Assembly: GCA_965116255.1 (NCBI GenBank)
Contig: OZ220670.1
Span: forward strand, 1,009,467 to 1,073,466
Direction: 5' to 3'
Source: Dehalococcoidia bacterium
Lineage (GTDB): Bacteria > Chloroflexota > Dehalococcoidia > Lucifugimonadales > Australimonadaceae
DNA: 64,000 nt
Part shown: positions 7,477 to 17,050 of the stretch, in pieces
How positions within the stretch are numbered: position 1 is the stretch's first letter
How the letters are laid out: each line of letters begins with the position of its first letter
Program-made: the position numbers and the translations under genes
Notes under the pieces: generated by a model
Told to the model about the DNA's origin: nothing
Seen by the model: only the letters and a program-made list of their open reading frames with translations
Databases searched by the model: none

Positions 7477-10059
7477 CTACGAGACGCTGAAGGTCGAGCC
7501 TCCGCCCACTGCGCGGCTCACCTCGATGCGTACCGGAAAGGCCTCCTTCACCTCGTCCATGTGCGTGATGACGAGGATGCGCTGGAAGTCGTCCTCGATA
7601 GCCTTGATGACCTCGACGATGCGGTCGCGTCCCTGCGCATCCTGCGTGCCAAAGCCCTCGTCGATGAACAGGGTAGGCAGCTGCGCGCCCGCGCGCCACG
7701 CCAGCAGCTTGCTCAGCGCGATCCGCAGCGCGAGGTCGACGCGGAAGCGCTCGCCGCCGCTGAACAGGTCGTACGATCGCGTGCCCAGCTCGTCGGCGAC
7801 GTCGATGTGGAGCGTCTCGACGAGGTCGCTGTTCGTCCCGCCCGTCCTGCGGACCCGCTGCGTCTGCATCTTCAGCGACATGCGCCCGTCCGTCATCCGG
7901 CTGAGCAGAGCGTTGGCCTCATCCTCCAGCCTCGGAATGGCTGCTTCGATGAGCAGCGCCTGCACGCCCCCCTTGCCGAAGGCGACGCCGAGTTCGTCGT
8001 AGAGCCCGGCATCGTCGGCCAAGGACTCGCGCTCCATCCTGCGCTCCACCAATTCCGTTTCGGCAGCCTCTATCTGCTCCAACTGGGTGCCGAGCGAACC
8101 GCGCCGTCCTTGGAGTTCGTCGCGCCGCGCCGCGGCCTCTCTCTGCAGTCGCTCCATTTCGTCACGGCGGCGCCTGGCCTCCGGCAGCCCCGCCAGCTCC
8201 GCCTCGATGTCGCGCTGCTGCGTCGCGAGCCGCGCAAGCTCCTCCTGGGTGTCCACAACGCGCTTCGCCGCAGATGCCAGGGTCGACTGGTCGTCGTCGA
8301 GACGGCGGCGCGCCTCTTCCAAGTCCCGGTGCTCGCCCTCCCAATGCTCCAACGCCTGCACCTCCTGCCGAAGGTCATCAAGTGCATGGGATTCGAATGC
8401 TGCCGCTTCGATCTGCACCCTCAACTCGGCGGCTTGCGCCTGCTCGGCCTGCGCGAAGGCCACCTGCTCGATGCACGCCCTGAGTTCGGCCAGCGCACCG
8501 CGGACACCCTCCAGCCTGGCAGCCGCCGTGGCGGCCTGCTCCTCCTGCAGCAACAACTCTGCGCGCTCTGAATCGAGCGCCCTGCGCTTCGTTTCGACGG
8601 CGCGCTGCACCTGCGCCATAAGCGCAGATTCCTGCCGTGCATCGCTCTCGAGGGAGGTGACCCTTCTCGCCTGCGCCTTGTATCGCTCGCGCTGTCCCGC
8701 TATTTCGGAATTGTAGGCGCGCTCGAGCCGCTCGCGCCCCTCCTTGCCAAGACCACTGCCGCACAGGGGGCACTCCACCCCCTTGCTGTGGTCGTGGTTG
8801 AGCAGGTCCAGCTTGCTGCGCGTCTCCTTGCCTTCGTTCTCAAGGCGGGCGTTGTCTGCCTTCAGGACCTCCACCTCGGCAACGAGCGCCCTGTGCCGCT
8901 GAGCGTGCGTCTCCACCTGCGCAAGCCCTTCATCCACCGCCTGCGCTTGAACATCCAGTTGCGCCAGCCGCTGCCGAACGTCCGCTAACGATTGTGCGCG
9001 CGGGCCCACGTCGTCCAGTTCTCGCTCGAGGCCAGCCGCCTCGGCCTCGAGCCGCGCCCCTTCAGCCGCTATTCGGGTCTCAAGAGGCGCAAGTTGGGAT
9101 TGGAGTCGATGGACGAGCGATGCCTTGGCGCTGAGCCGTGCGTGCTGGACGCGCGCCTCCTTCCACTCCGCGAATCCCCGCTCGATGGGCGTCGCCCGCT
9201 CGAGCGACGCCTTCCACCGCTGGACGCGCTCGGAAAGCTGCGCTTGCTCGTGCTCCTCCCGTTCACACCGCTCCGAGACGCGGCGCAGCTGCGCTCCAAC
9301 CGCTTCGCCATCGGCTTGGCGGCGCTCCAACTGTGCGACCTCAGCACCGGCAAGATCGAACTCCGCACTCCTGGCATTGGCATCGACGAGGGCGCGCTCT
9401 GTCTCTGCCGAAACCTCTGCAAGCAGCGCCACGACGTCGCCGCGGCGCGCTGCCTGCATTTCCAACCGCTCAATCTGTGCGTTGGTCATCCCCACCTTTG
9501 CCTGGGCATCGCGGGCGCGCCGCCGCGCACGATCGGACAGGCGGTCGTACATCGCTAGGCCCAATACGCGCGATAGCACCTCCTTGCGGTTCGCCGGGGT
9601 GGACATCGCGAAGGTGTCGGATCGGCCCTGGAGGAGGTAGGCGCTGTTGACGAACGTGTCGTAGTCCATGCGAATCAACCGCTCGACCTGGGCCGCGGTC
9701 TGGGCCATGGTGTTTGCGGTCAGCGGAACCCACTCATCGCCCGAGGCAACGGCCAGCTCCAGCGAGGATGCGCCCGCCCTACGGGCCTTGGAAAAGCGGC
9801 GCGCTATCCGGTGGCGCTGGCCGCCCTCATCGAACTCCAGCTCGACCCGCATCTCCTGCTCACCCTCGTGGACGAGCTGCTCCTGGCGCTGCCCGCGCGC
9901 CCTTCCCCAGATGGCCCAGGTAATCGCGTCGAGGAGGGCGGACTTGCCGTGCCCGTTCGCACCGCACAGGCACGCCACGTGGATGTCCTCGAGATGCAGC
10001 GTTGGAGCATCGTCCCGATAGGAAAGGAAGTTGTGCACCTTGAGCGAGAGCGGCAGCAT
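7477..10059 (-). CDS. sbcC: SbcC/Rad50-like SMC-family ATPase (DNA repair exonuclease ATPase subunit-like)
   Basis: N-terminal MLPLSLKVHNFLSYRD…CGANGHGKSALLDAITWAIWG (Walker A). Central coiled coils with a CPLCGS zinc hook. C-terminal signature/D-loop LFIDEGFGTQD…LVITH. The start is set at the internal Met (10059); the 74 codons upstream in the supplied ORF are Arg-rich read-through. Confidence 0.85.
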   Translation of the reverse strand: MLPLSLKVHNFLSYRDDAPTLHLEDIHVACLCGANGHGKSALLDAITWAIWGRARGQRQEQLVHEGEQEMRVELEFDEGGQRHRIARRFSKARRAGASSLELAVASGDEWVPLTANTMAQTAAQVERLIRMDYDTFVNSAYLLQGRSDTFAMSTPANRKEVLSRVLGLAMYDRLSDRARRRARDAQAKVGMTNAQIERLEMQAARRGDVVALLAEVSAETERALVDANARSAEFDLAGAEVAQLERRQADGEAVGAQLRRVSERCEREEHEQAQLSERVQRWKASLERATPIERGFAEWKEARVQHARLSAKASLVHRLQSQLAPLETRIAAEGARLEAEAAGLERELDDVGPRAQSLADVRQRLAQLDVQAQAVDEGLAQVETHAQRHRALVAEVEVLKADNARLENEGKETRSKLDLLNHDHSKGVECPLCGSGLGKEGRERLERAYNSEIAGQRERYKAQARRVTSLESDARQESALMAQVQRAVETKRRALDSERAELLLQEEQAATAAARLEGVRGALAELRACIEQVAFAQAEQAQAAELRVQIEAAAFESHALDDLRQEVQALEHWEGEHRDLEEARRRLDDDQSTLASAAKRVVDTQEELARLATQQRDIEAELAGLPEARRRRDEMERLQREAAARRDELQGRRGSLGTQLEQIEAAETELVERRMERESLADDAGLYDELGVAFGKGGVQALLIEAAIPRLEDEANALLSRMTDGRMSLKMQTQRVRRTGGTNSDLVETLHIDVADELGTRSYDLFSGGERFRVDLALRIALSKLLAWRAGAQLPTLFIDEGFGTQDAQGRDRIVEVIKAIEDDFQRILVITHMDEVKEAFPVRIEVSRAVGGGSTFSVS

Positions 10060-10213
10060 GTGCCTAGTATCCCGACGTCGGCGCCAGCGGACAAGCAGGC
10101 AGTGGCGGCGGCTTCGTGCGCCGACCGTGCGAAGCGGCCGTGCGCTCCCGGCAGGCCCAGCTCCGTGTAGGATTGCGCCACGGGAGGAAGTGTTGCGCAA
10201 TCCTGTGGAGCGG

Positions 10214-10792
10214 ATGCTCGATGAGGTGCTCGCACTGCTGGATACCACCTCGCGAGGCCGGCGCTTGACAATAGTGGCCATCGACGGCCCTGCTTACGCC
10301 GGCAAGTCGACGCTGGCTGCCGCAATCCACCGCGCGTGGCCGGAGACAGAGCTCGTCCACGTCGATGACTTCCAAGCCGACTTGGACGATTCGCTCGGCG
10401 CGACCCCATCGTCAGAGGAGGACTACGGCCGTCTCTTCGACTGGGAGCGGTTGCGGAAGGAGGTACTCATGCCCCTCGTCGACGCCAAACCCGCCCGATA
10501 CCGCAGGCCCGGCTGGCGGGCGCGCTCGCTGAGCGGCGGCTGGGTGACCATCGCCCCGCGCGGTATTGTCATCGTCGAGGGCCTGTCCTCCATGCGACGC
10601 GAGCTGTGCGACTTCTACTCCGCGACGATCTTCGTCGACACGCCGCAGGAGGAGCGCATGGCGCGCGCATGGGCGCTCGTGAGCGACCCGGCCGCCGTCG
10701 AGCGTCGCGAGGCGGCCGCGCGCTGGTACCTGAAGCACGAATACGCCGAGCAGCGCGCCGATCTCGTCGTCAACGGGCACGACATTCCCTAG
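10214..10792 (+). CDS. uridine kinase/phosphoribulokinase-family P-loop NTPase
   Basis: IVAIDGPAYAGKSTLAAAI Walker A followed by a PRK/udk-like fold. Start chosen at the first ATG after the GC-driven upstream extension. Confidence 0.6.
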   Translation: MLDEVLALLDTTSRGRRLTIVAIDGPAYAGKSTLAAAIHRAWPETELVHVDDFQADLDDSLGATPSSEEDYGRLFDWERLRKEVLMPLVDAKPARYRRPGWRARSLSGGWVTIAPRGIVIVEGLSSMRRELCDFYSATIFVDTPQEERMARAWALVSDPAAVERREAAARWYLKHEYAEQRADLVVNGHDIP

Positions 10793-10827
10793 GCCTACGG
10801 CGAAGGTGCCGGGCCTCACGCGCTACA

Positions 10828-11619
10828 ATGGACCGTGCTATGGCACGGCGCAAACGTCCACGAGTTGAGCGTCCAAGCGCATCGGCTCCTGCACCGGCAG
10901 GCGCTGGTGACGAGCGCGTTGCCGCGGCGGTGTCGGACCTGCGAGCACGCATGAAGCAGGTGGCCAAGCCTGCGGTTGCCGACGGCCACGCACGCAGCTA
11001 CGGGCCGGACGCGCCCGTCTACGGCCTCACCGTCGCGGACGCGAACCGGCTCGGACAGGATGCCATGCGTCGTGTGCGCGGGGCTGGCCTGCCACTGGCA
11101 CTCGCGATCGCCGAGCCGCTGTTCGCCAGCGGCAACCTGGAGGAGGGTATCGCCGCCGCGGTCATCGTCGGGGCGCAGGCTCGGAACCTGGGCGCAGAGC
11201 ACTTCGACCGCTTCGACGCATGGGCCAATGCGCTCACGAACGAGGTCAACGCCGACGGCCTCTCGGCCCTGGCTTCTCGCTGCCTCAGCGGCCGCCCGTC
11301 CCTCGTCAACACGCTGAAGGAGTGGGCGGCGTCCGACAACCGCTTTCGCCGCCGGGCCGCCCTCACGGCATTCATACCCCTCGTACGCGAGGGCCGGTTC
11401 CTCTCGGACGCGCTCGGAGTCGCCGACCTGCTGCTCGCCGACGAGGACGAGACGGTGCAAAGCGGGCTGGGCACCTTGCTCATGGAAGCTGGCCGTCTGC
11501 AACGCGAACGCGTCGGTGCATACCTCAACGAGCGCGGCGATGCGGTGTCGCAGACCGCCCGCGCCATCGCGCTGAGCCGGGTGCGCCCCGAGCGCCGCTC
11601 GCAGGCGGAAGCGGGGTGA
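10828..11619 (+). CDS. DNA alkylation repair protein (AlkD/AlkC-like HEAT-repeat family)
   Basis: HEAT-like repeats and C-terminal …NRFRRRAALTAFIPLVREGRF… typical of the DNA_alkylation family. The antisense 305-aa ORF (10816-11733) is rejected. Confidence 0.65.
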   Translation: MDRAMARRKRPRVERPSASAPAPAGAGDERVAAAVSDLRARMKQVAKPAVADGHARSYGPDAPVYGLTVADANRLGQDAMRRVRGAGLPLALAIAEPLFASGNLEEGIAAAVIVGAQARNLGAEHFDRFDAWANALTNEVNADGLSALASRCLSGRPSLVNTLKEWAASDNRFRRRAALTAFIPLVREGRFLSDALGVADLLLADEDETVQSGLGTLLMEAGRLQRERVGAYLNERGDAVSQTARAIALSRVRPERRSQAEAG

Positions 11620-11681
11620 CGCAGCAGGCGAGCCGCCCGGCCGCGACGTCGATCGGTCGCCGCATCGCCCGAGGACTGCTG

Positions 11682-11978
11682 ATGGCCGTTCTCGTCGGAT
11701 TCGTCGGAACGGTGATATCCCTCGTCCCCGCACTCTTCATTCAATCGATCTTCATCGGCGAAGCGCAGCGTTGCATAGAGCAGCAGGAGTTCGAGATGGC
11801 GGCGCAGGGCGCCGTCGAGACGACGTGCGAGGAGGACCTCTCAACGACGCCGACGTGGTTGCCGACGCTGCTCATCGGCGGCGGGGCGGCCCTCGGTGTG
11901 GCAGGGGGATTCGGGTACGGCTACATAGGCCCTCTGGGTCGAACCAGCAGACAGGAACCGCCATGGCTGCCCTTCTAA
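11682..11978 (+). CDS. hypothetical small membrane protein
   Basis: MAVLVGFVGTVISLVPALFIQ… has one or two TM segments. It may start at GTG 11613, overlapping the alkD-like stop. Confidence 0.3.
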   Translation: MAVLVGFVGTVISLVPALFIQSIFIGEAQRCIEQQEFEMAAQGAVETTCEEDLSTTPTWLPTLLIGGGAALGVAGGFGYGYIGPLGRTSRQEPPWLPF

Positions 11979-12110
11979 CTCCTAGAAAAGCGGCGGCCAC
12001 TTTTGCTACCGTACTCCGATAGACCCTCAGGCCATCGGCACAATGCGAAACCACTCTACGCAGCGCTAGGATCTTCCGTGAATCAGGTCAGGCAACACCG
12101 CAGTCGCTGG

Positions 12111-13130
12111 ATGCACCTGCTCGTCTTGGCAGCCGCCATGCTGCTGTTGAGTCTTGCCGCTTCCTCATGCGGCCTCCTGCATGACCCCGGCTATATCGTC
12201 TATACCGTCGGCGAGGAGGGCGAGCGCGACATAGCGGTCATCCGCCCCGACGGCATGGGCCAGCAACTCGTCATCGAGAATCCGGGCGACGACTACAATC
12301 CGGTTTGGTCGTTCGACCGCAAACAGCTGGCCTACATCTCCAATCGAGACGGCAACGCAGAGATATACGTCACCCTCGAACTGGACGACCCCACAGACGC
12401 GAGTGCCTCACGGCGCGTGACGAATACCGGAGTGGACGAGTCGGATGTCACATGGTCGCCGGACGGCACGATGCTTGCCTACGTCTCCCCCGAGCTGGAC
12501 GGAACGCCACACGCCTACTGGCTCGAGTTGGCCAACCTGCGCCCCAACCGCCTGATATTCAATCAAGCGGGCGAGACGGCTCCGAAATGGTCGCCCCTGG
12601 GTGAGTGGGTAGCGTTCGGCATACTGGACGAGGAGGGCACCCCGGCGGGCATCTACCTGCGCAACCCCAGCGGTGTCAGCGCCGTGCAGGTGAGCGCGAA
12701 CGTGGACTACAACCCTGTGTGGTCGCCCAACGGCCGGCGTCTTGCGTTCGTGTCGGAGCACACCGGCAATCAGGACATCTACGTCATCGAGGTCCGCGCG
12801 GACGGCACGTTCTCGCAATCGATCAATCTGTCCGAACACCCCTCCAATGACTGGGCACCCACCTGGTCGTCCGACTCCAGCCGCGTCGTCTTCCAGACCG
12901 ACCGCAACGGTCCGACCGACCTCTACGCAGTCGATGCGAACGGCGGCCAGACGATCCCGCTGACGTCAGGCAACCTGCCCGAATCCACCGCGGACTTCGG
13001 CCCAAGCGGCGAGATCGTGTTCGTCTCAGGCCCTCCTGACCGCCAAGGCATCTTCGTGATGAATGGCAACGGCACCGACCAGCGCCAGCTCACGCCTGGC
13101 GAGCGAAACGCCGCCACGCCTGACTGGTAG
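12111..13130 (+). CDS. TolB-like beta-propeller (PD40/WD40-like repeat) lipoprotein
   Basis: Signal peptide and lipobox (LSLAASSCG) followed by repeated D/N-x-NPxWSPDG PD40 motifs (YNPVWSFD, VTWSPDG, APKWSPLG, YNPVWSPNG, APTWSSDS). Confidence 0.8.
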   Translation: MHLLVLAAAMLLLSLAASSCGLLHDPGYIVYTVGEEGERDIAVIRPDGMGQQLVIENPGDDYNPVWSFDRKQLAYISNRDGNAEIYVTLELDDPTDASASRRVTNTGVDESDVTWSPDGTMLAYVSPELDGTPHAYWLELANLRPNRLIFNQAGETAPKWSPLGEWVAFGILDEEGTPAGIYLRNPSGVSAVQVSANVDYNPVWSPNGRRLAFVSEHTGNQDIYVIEVRADGTFSQSINLSEHPSNDWAPTWSSDSSRVVFQTDRNGPTDLYAVDANGGQTIPLTSGNLPESTADFGPSGEIVFVSGPPDRQGIFVMNGNGTDQRQLTPGERNAATPDW

Positions 13131-13134
13131 CACG

Positions 13135-14421
13135 TCACTCAGCGGGCGGCCTCCAACCTGCGGCCCGCGCCAGTTCCTCCAACTCCCCCTCCTCACTTAT
13201 GGCGCCTATCCGAATCACGAACGTCCTGAGGTCGAGGGCATCGGCGCGCAGAATGCGCAGCTGCGCCTCGATGGGGTTCACGCTGCCGCCCCGCGCATCG
13301 CCAGCATACGTTCCGTGGAACGCGAAGTAGGCCGTGTTGAGCTTGCGGATCGTGATGCCGTGTTCCTGCAGCCCGAGCCGCCGCTCTTCAAGCCACGCCT
13401 CCGCCTCGCGGACCGCGCCTTTCGCCAGCAACTCGTCGAGACGGGTGCGCGTCTCGTTCATGTAGCCCGCGAAACTGAAGTCCTCCGGCTCGGAGCCGGG
13501 CGGCTCGAAGGTCGGCGGCGTCCACGGTGGACGATCCACGACCTTGCCCGTCATCTTGAAGAGCGTCAAGTCGCCCACCTCCTCGCCGACGATGTCCGAC
13601 AGCGTTTCGTTTATGCTCAGCAGTTCGCCACCTGCGTCCCATTTCAGGCCGAGCGGGCGGAATACGAGCCAGTTGTGCATCCATTCGTGCGCTACTGTCG
13701 CCAGCGTACCGTGCAACGACAGCGACGAGCTGACATGCGCCGGATAGGTCGATAGCCCGCCCAGCCGGACGACCAGGGCCGAGACGTCTGGGGCAAGCCG
13801 CTCCGTCTCCTCCTCCAATTCGACGCGGCCGAGCAGCGGGATATCTGAACGGAGCAGGGCATCAGGCAGGCGGCGGACTTCGTCACGAGGCGAGCGTATG
13901 AGGGCAAGTCCGCCTGGCTCGAACTTGAAGTCCACGGGGGGCCACCGGATCGGGCCGAGCGCGTTGATGACGCCCAATTCTGCGAGCGCCTCCGTCATTG
14001 CCGACTCGATGGCCTCCTCTACCAGGGGTCCCAACGCTTCGCGGCGCGCGGCGATGGCTTGGCGCTCATCCTCAGCAGCAGCAACCGTCGCCGGGGCGGC
14101 GTCAGGGTCCGACAGCGCGGCCTCAAGTGCGGCCTCGGCCCGCGCGAGGTCATGGCCGAGGGCGAAATACTCCTCGACGGCATCCTTGCGTGCCTGCTCG
14201 GAGTCGTCGTAGCGCGCTAGTGGCCACGTGGCCAGCCGCCACCACTTCTCCGGCAGGTGTGACACCTCCCACAGCACGAGATCCTGGCGAAGGGGAATGA
14301 CCTCGCGCTCCAGGTCGGTGATGTGGTCGCTCCTGCCTGCGCCAAGCACTAGCAGCACCGCAATCGCAACGGTAGCCGCGAGAACCCTGAGGCGTCGCGC
14401 GATTCGACAGAGCAGGCGCAT
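13135..14421 (-). CDS. MA-clan (thermolysin-like gluzincin) zinc-metallopeptidase-like protein with an N-terminal signal anchor
   Basis: HEWMH (HExxH) followed 27 residues later by SINETLSD (the NExxSD third-ligand motif). The N-terminal hydrophobic segment LRVLAATVAIAVLLVLGAG is a likely signal anchor. Confidence 0.6.
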   Translation of the reverse strand: MRLLCRIARRLRVLAATVAIAVLLVLGAGRSDHITDLEREVIPLRQDLVLWEVSHLPEKWWRLATWPLARYDDSEQARKDAVEEYFALGHDLARAEAALEAALSDPDAAPATVAAAEDERQAIAARREALGPLVEEAIESAMTEALAELGVINALGPIRWPPVDFKFEPGGLALIRSPRDEVRRLPDALLRSDIPLLGRVELEEETERLAPDVSALVVRLGGLSTYPAHVSSSLSLHGTLATVAHEWMHNWLVFRPLGLKWDAGGELLSINETLSDIVGEEVGDLTLFKMTGKVVDRPPWTPPTFEPPGSEPEDFSFAGYMNETRTRLDELLAKGAVREAEAWLEERRLGLQEHGITIRKLNTAYFAFHGTYAGDARGGSVNPIEAQLRILRADALDLRTFVIRIGAISEEGELEELARAAGWRPPAE

Positions 14422-14526
14422 AGCCTAAGTATGCCCAATCCGGCGACGCGGCGTTGCGGCGGACTTCATCCCTTCACTACAATCCGCTCGCCGGGATTTC
14501 CAGTCCGCCGTAGAAGGGGGAACCGT

Positions 14527-16545
14527 ATGGATGAGTTTGCTACCGATCGTATCCGCAACGCAGCGTTACTCGCGCACTCCGGTGCGGGCAAGACCTCTTT
14601 GGTCGAGGCCTTGCTGCTCGCAACGAAGGCCATCAACCGGCTCGGCAGGGTGGAGGACGGCAACACGGTCTCAGACTTCGACCCCGAAGAGCACCGGCGC
14701 CAGACCAGCCTTCAGCTCTCAGTCGCCCCCTGCGTGTCGGCGGGGCACAAGGTAAACCTGATCGACACCCCCGGCTTCGCCGATTTTGTCGGCGAGCAGG
14801 TGTCTGCGCTGCGCGCGGTCGACGCAGCCATACTCGTCGTATCGGCTCCCTCCGGTGTCGAAGTCGGTACCGAGCTGGCGTGGGCGCGCATCCGCGAGCG
14901 TGGGCTGCCCACCCTGATATTCGTCAACAAGATGGACCGTGACGGCGCAGACTTTGAGGCGACACTCACGCAGCTGCGGCGCGTCATCGGCAATCAGTGC
15001 GTGGCCCTCAACGTACCCGTCGGCGCAGCTGCCAGCCTCTCGGGGGTAGCCGACACTATCGGCAGCGCGGGCGATGCGGATTTGGCCGAGGCGCATGACA
15101 CCCTCGCAGAAGCGGTTGCCGAGACGGACGATGCGCTCACCGAGAAGTTTCTGGAGGACGGCGAACTGAGCGCGGAGGACATCCGCACCGGGCTGCGCGC
15201 CGGGGTCAAGGCGGGCCAGATCGTGCCGGTGCTGGCGGGCTCCGCGACAACCGGCATCGGCATCGAGCAACTGCTCCAAGCCATCGTCGACCTGCTGCCC
15301 TCCCCTGCCGAGGCTCCAGCGCTAGCGGCGAGCCAGGGGGGTGCGGAGGTGTCGCTCACGGCGGACAATGGCGGTCCGCTTGCCGCGTTCATCTTCAAGA
15401 CCGCCGCCGACCCGTTCGTGGGCAAGATCTCCTACTTCAGGCTCCTGAGCGGCAGCCTGAAGCCGAACCAGGAGCTGTGGGACGTAACGCAGAGCGAGTC
15501 GGAGCGCGTTGGGCAGCTGTTCGTGCCCTTCGGCAAGTCGCAGGAATCGGTGCCCTCCCTCTCCGCTGGTGACATTGGTGCGGTGACGAAGCTGGCGCAC
15601 GCGGTGACAGGCGACACGCTCGCCACCAAGGCGAGCGCCGTTCAGGCGCCTCCGATCGAGTTCTCGCCGGCGGTGTACGACGTAGCGATCCACCCCAAGA
15701 GCCAAGCCGACCTCGATAAGATGTCGACGGCGCTCAATCGCCTCCTCGAGGAAGACCCCTCGCTCATGATGCGGCGCAACCAGGAGACGAGCGAGCTCGT
15801 CGTATCGGGCATGGGCGACACGCAGATTGACGTGATGGCCGAGCGCGCAAAGCAGAAGTTCGGCGTCGAATTGGACCTGCGCGTCCCCGACGTCCCCTAC
15901 CGCGAGACCATTTCCAAGGTCACGCAGACCGAGTACAAGCACAAGAAGCAGACCGGCGGGCACGGACAGTACGGCCACGTGCTCATCCGCTTGGAGCCGT
16001 TGGAACGGGGTGCAGGATTCCAGTTCGGCAATGAGGTCGTCGGCGGGAACGTGCCCAAGGAGTACATCCCCGCCGTCGAGAAGGGCGTCATCAAGGCGAT
16101 GGAGGGCGGCGCGGACGGATTCCCCATCGTCGACATGCGGGTGGTGCTCTACGACGGCAGCAGCCACTCCGTCGATTCGTCAGGTGCATCGTTCGAGATT
16201 GCCGGCAGCTTTGCGGTGCGCCAGGGGCTGCGCGACGCCGTGCCCGTGCTGCTCGAACCCATCATGCGGCTGCAGGCGACCGTCCCCGAGTCGATGGCGG
16301 GCGCTGTGGTCGGCGACCTCAACACACGCCGCGCGCGTATCAACGGCATGACGCCAGAGGGCGGGATGGCCGTCATCGATGCGGAGGCGCCACAGGCGGA
16401 AGTGCAGCAGTGGGCGACGCAGTTGCGCGCGCTCACGCAAGGGCGCGGCACCATGACGCTCCAGTTCGACCACTTCGGTGAGATGCCGGCACACCTGTCG
16501 CAGCGGGTCATCGACGATCGCGCGAAGGAGCACGCGCGAGCATAG
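14527..16545 (+). CDS. elongation factor G-like translational GTPase paralog
   Basis: G1 AHSGAGKTS, G3 DTPGFADF, G4 NKMD, then EF-G domains II-V, 672 aa. Start at MDEFATDRIRNAALLAHSGAGKT. Confidence 0.85.
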   Translation: MDEFATDRIRNAALLAHSGAGKTSLVEALLLATKAINRLGRVEDGNTVSDFDPEEHRRQTSLQLSVAPCVSAGHKVNLIDTPGFADFVGEQVSALRAVDAAILVVSAPSGVEVGTELAWARIRERGLPTLIFVNKMDRDGADFEATLTQLRRVIGNQCVALNVPVGAAASLSGVADTIGSAGDADLAEAHDTLAEAVAETDDALTEKFLEDGELSAEDIRTGLRAGVKAGQIVPVLAGSATTGIGIEQLLQAIVDLLPSPAEAPALAASQGGAEVSLTADNGGPLAAFIFKTAADPFVGKISYFRLLSGSLKPNQELWDVTQSESERVGQLFVPFGKSQESVPSLSAGDIGAVTKLAHAVTGDTLATKASAVQAPPIEFSPAVYDVAIHPKSQADLDKMSTALNRLLEEDPSLMMRRNQETSELVVSGMGDTQIDVMAERAKQKFGVELDLRVPDVPYRETISKVTQTEYKHKKQTGGHGQYGHVLIRLEPLERGAGFQFGNEVVGGNVPKEYIPAVEKGVIKAMEGGADGFPIVDMRVVLYDGSSHSVDSSGASFEIAGSFAVRQGLRDAVPVLLEPIMRLQATVPESMAGAVVGDLNTRRARINGMTPEGGMAVIDAEAPQAEVQQWATQLRALTQGRGTMTLQFDHFGEMPAHLSQRVIDDRAKEHARA

Positions 16546-16585
16546 CGCGTGCTCCTTCCCCAAGGTGCGTGTTGGGGCTGGGGCC

Positions 16586-17035
16586 CTACCTCGCCCCGGA
16601 ACTCGACCACAGCGTGTGGAACGGGCCCTTGCCTTTGATCATGGCAACGAGGGCTTGGCGCTCGCACTGCTTCAACTCGTTCATGGCGCTGTCGCATTGC
16701 GCCGCCGCCGAGGAGAAGCCGGAGTCCACCATCCGCCTGACCATCATGTCCCACACCTCGGAATTCGCCAGGCTCTCGATTGAGCCGACCCAGGGGATGA
16801 CGGCCAACTCACGCGCATGGCGCAGGTGCGGCCGCTGCTGATTGACGTTCCGCAGCCTGCGCTCGGCAGAGCCCAACGGCGGCGACACCGTCAGCGTCGG
16901 CGGGTCGTCGTCCGTCGACCGCGAGTCCAGTACGAGGCACTGGTTGATGATAGGGAGGATGACACAGACCACCTCCGAATTGTTGGCATTCTGAAGCATC
17001 TCGGACATGTCGGAGTCGAAGTCGGGTTGGTTCAT
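16586..17035 (-). CDS. hypothetical acidic protein
   Basis: 149-aa ORF co-oriented with etfA and 16 bp downstream of it. Protein-like composition, no recognisable motif. Confidence 0.35.
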   Translation of the reverse strand: MNQPDFDSDMSEMLQNANNSEVVCVILPIINQCLVLDSRSTDDDPPTLTVSPPLGSAERRLRNVNQQRPHLRHARELAVIPWVGSIESLANSEVWDMMVRRMVDSGFSSAAAQCDSAMNELKQCERQALVAMIKGKGPFHTLWSSSGAR

Positions 17036-17050
17036 CGCCGTATGTACTCC

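Noticed and set aside
10060-10213. sbcD/mre11 expected upstream of sbcC
   Set aside because: No ORF with phosphoesterase motifs on either strand. The interval is a short divergent intergenic region.
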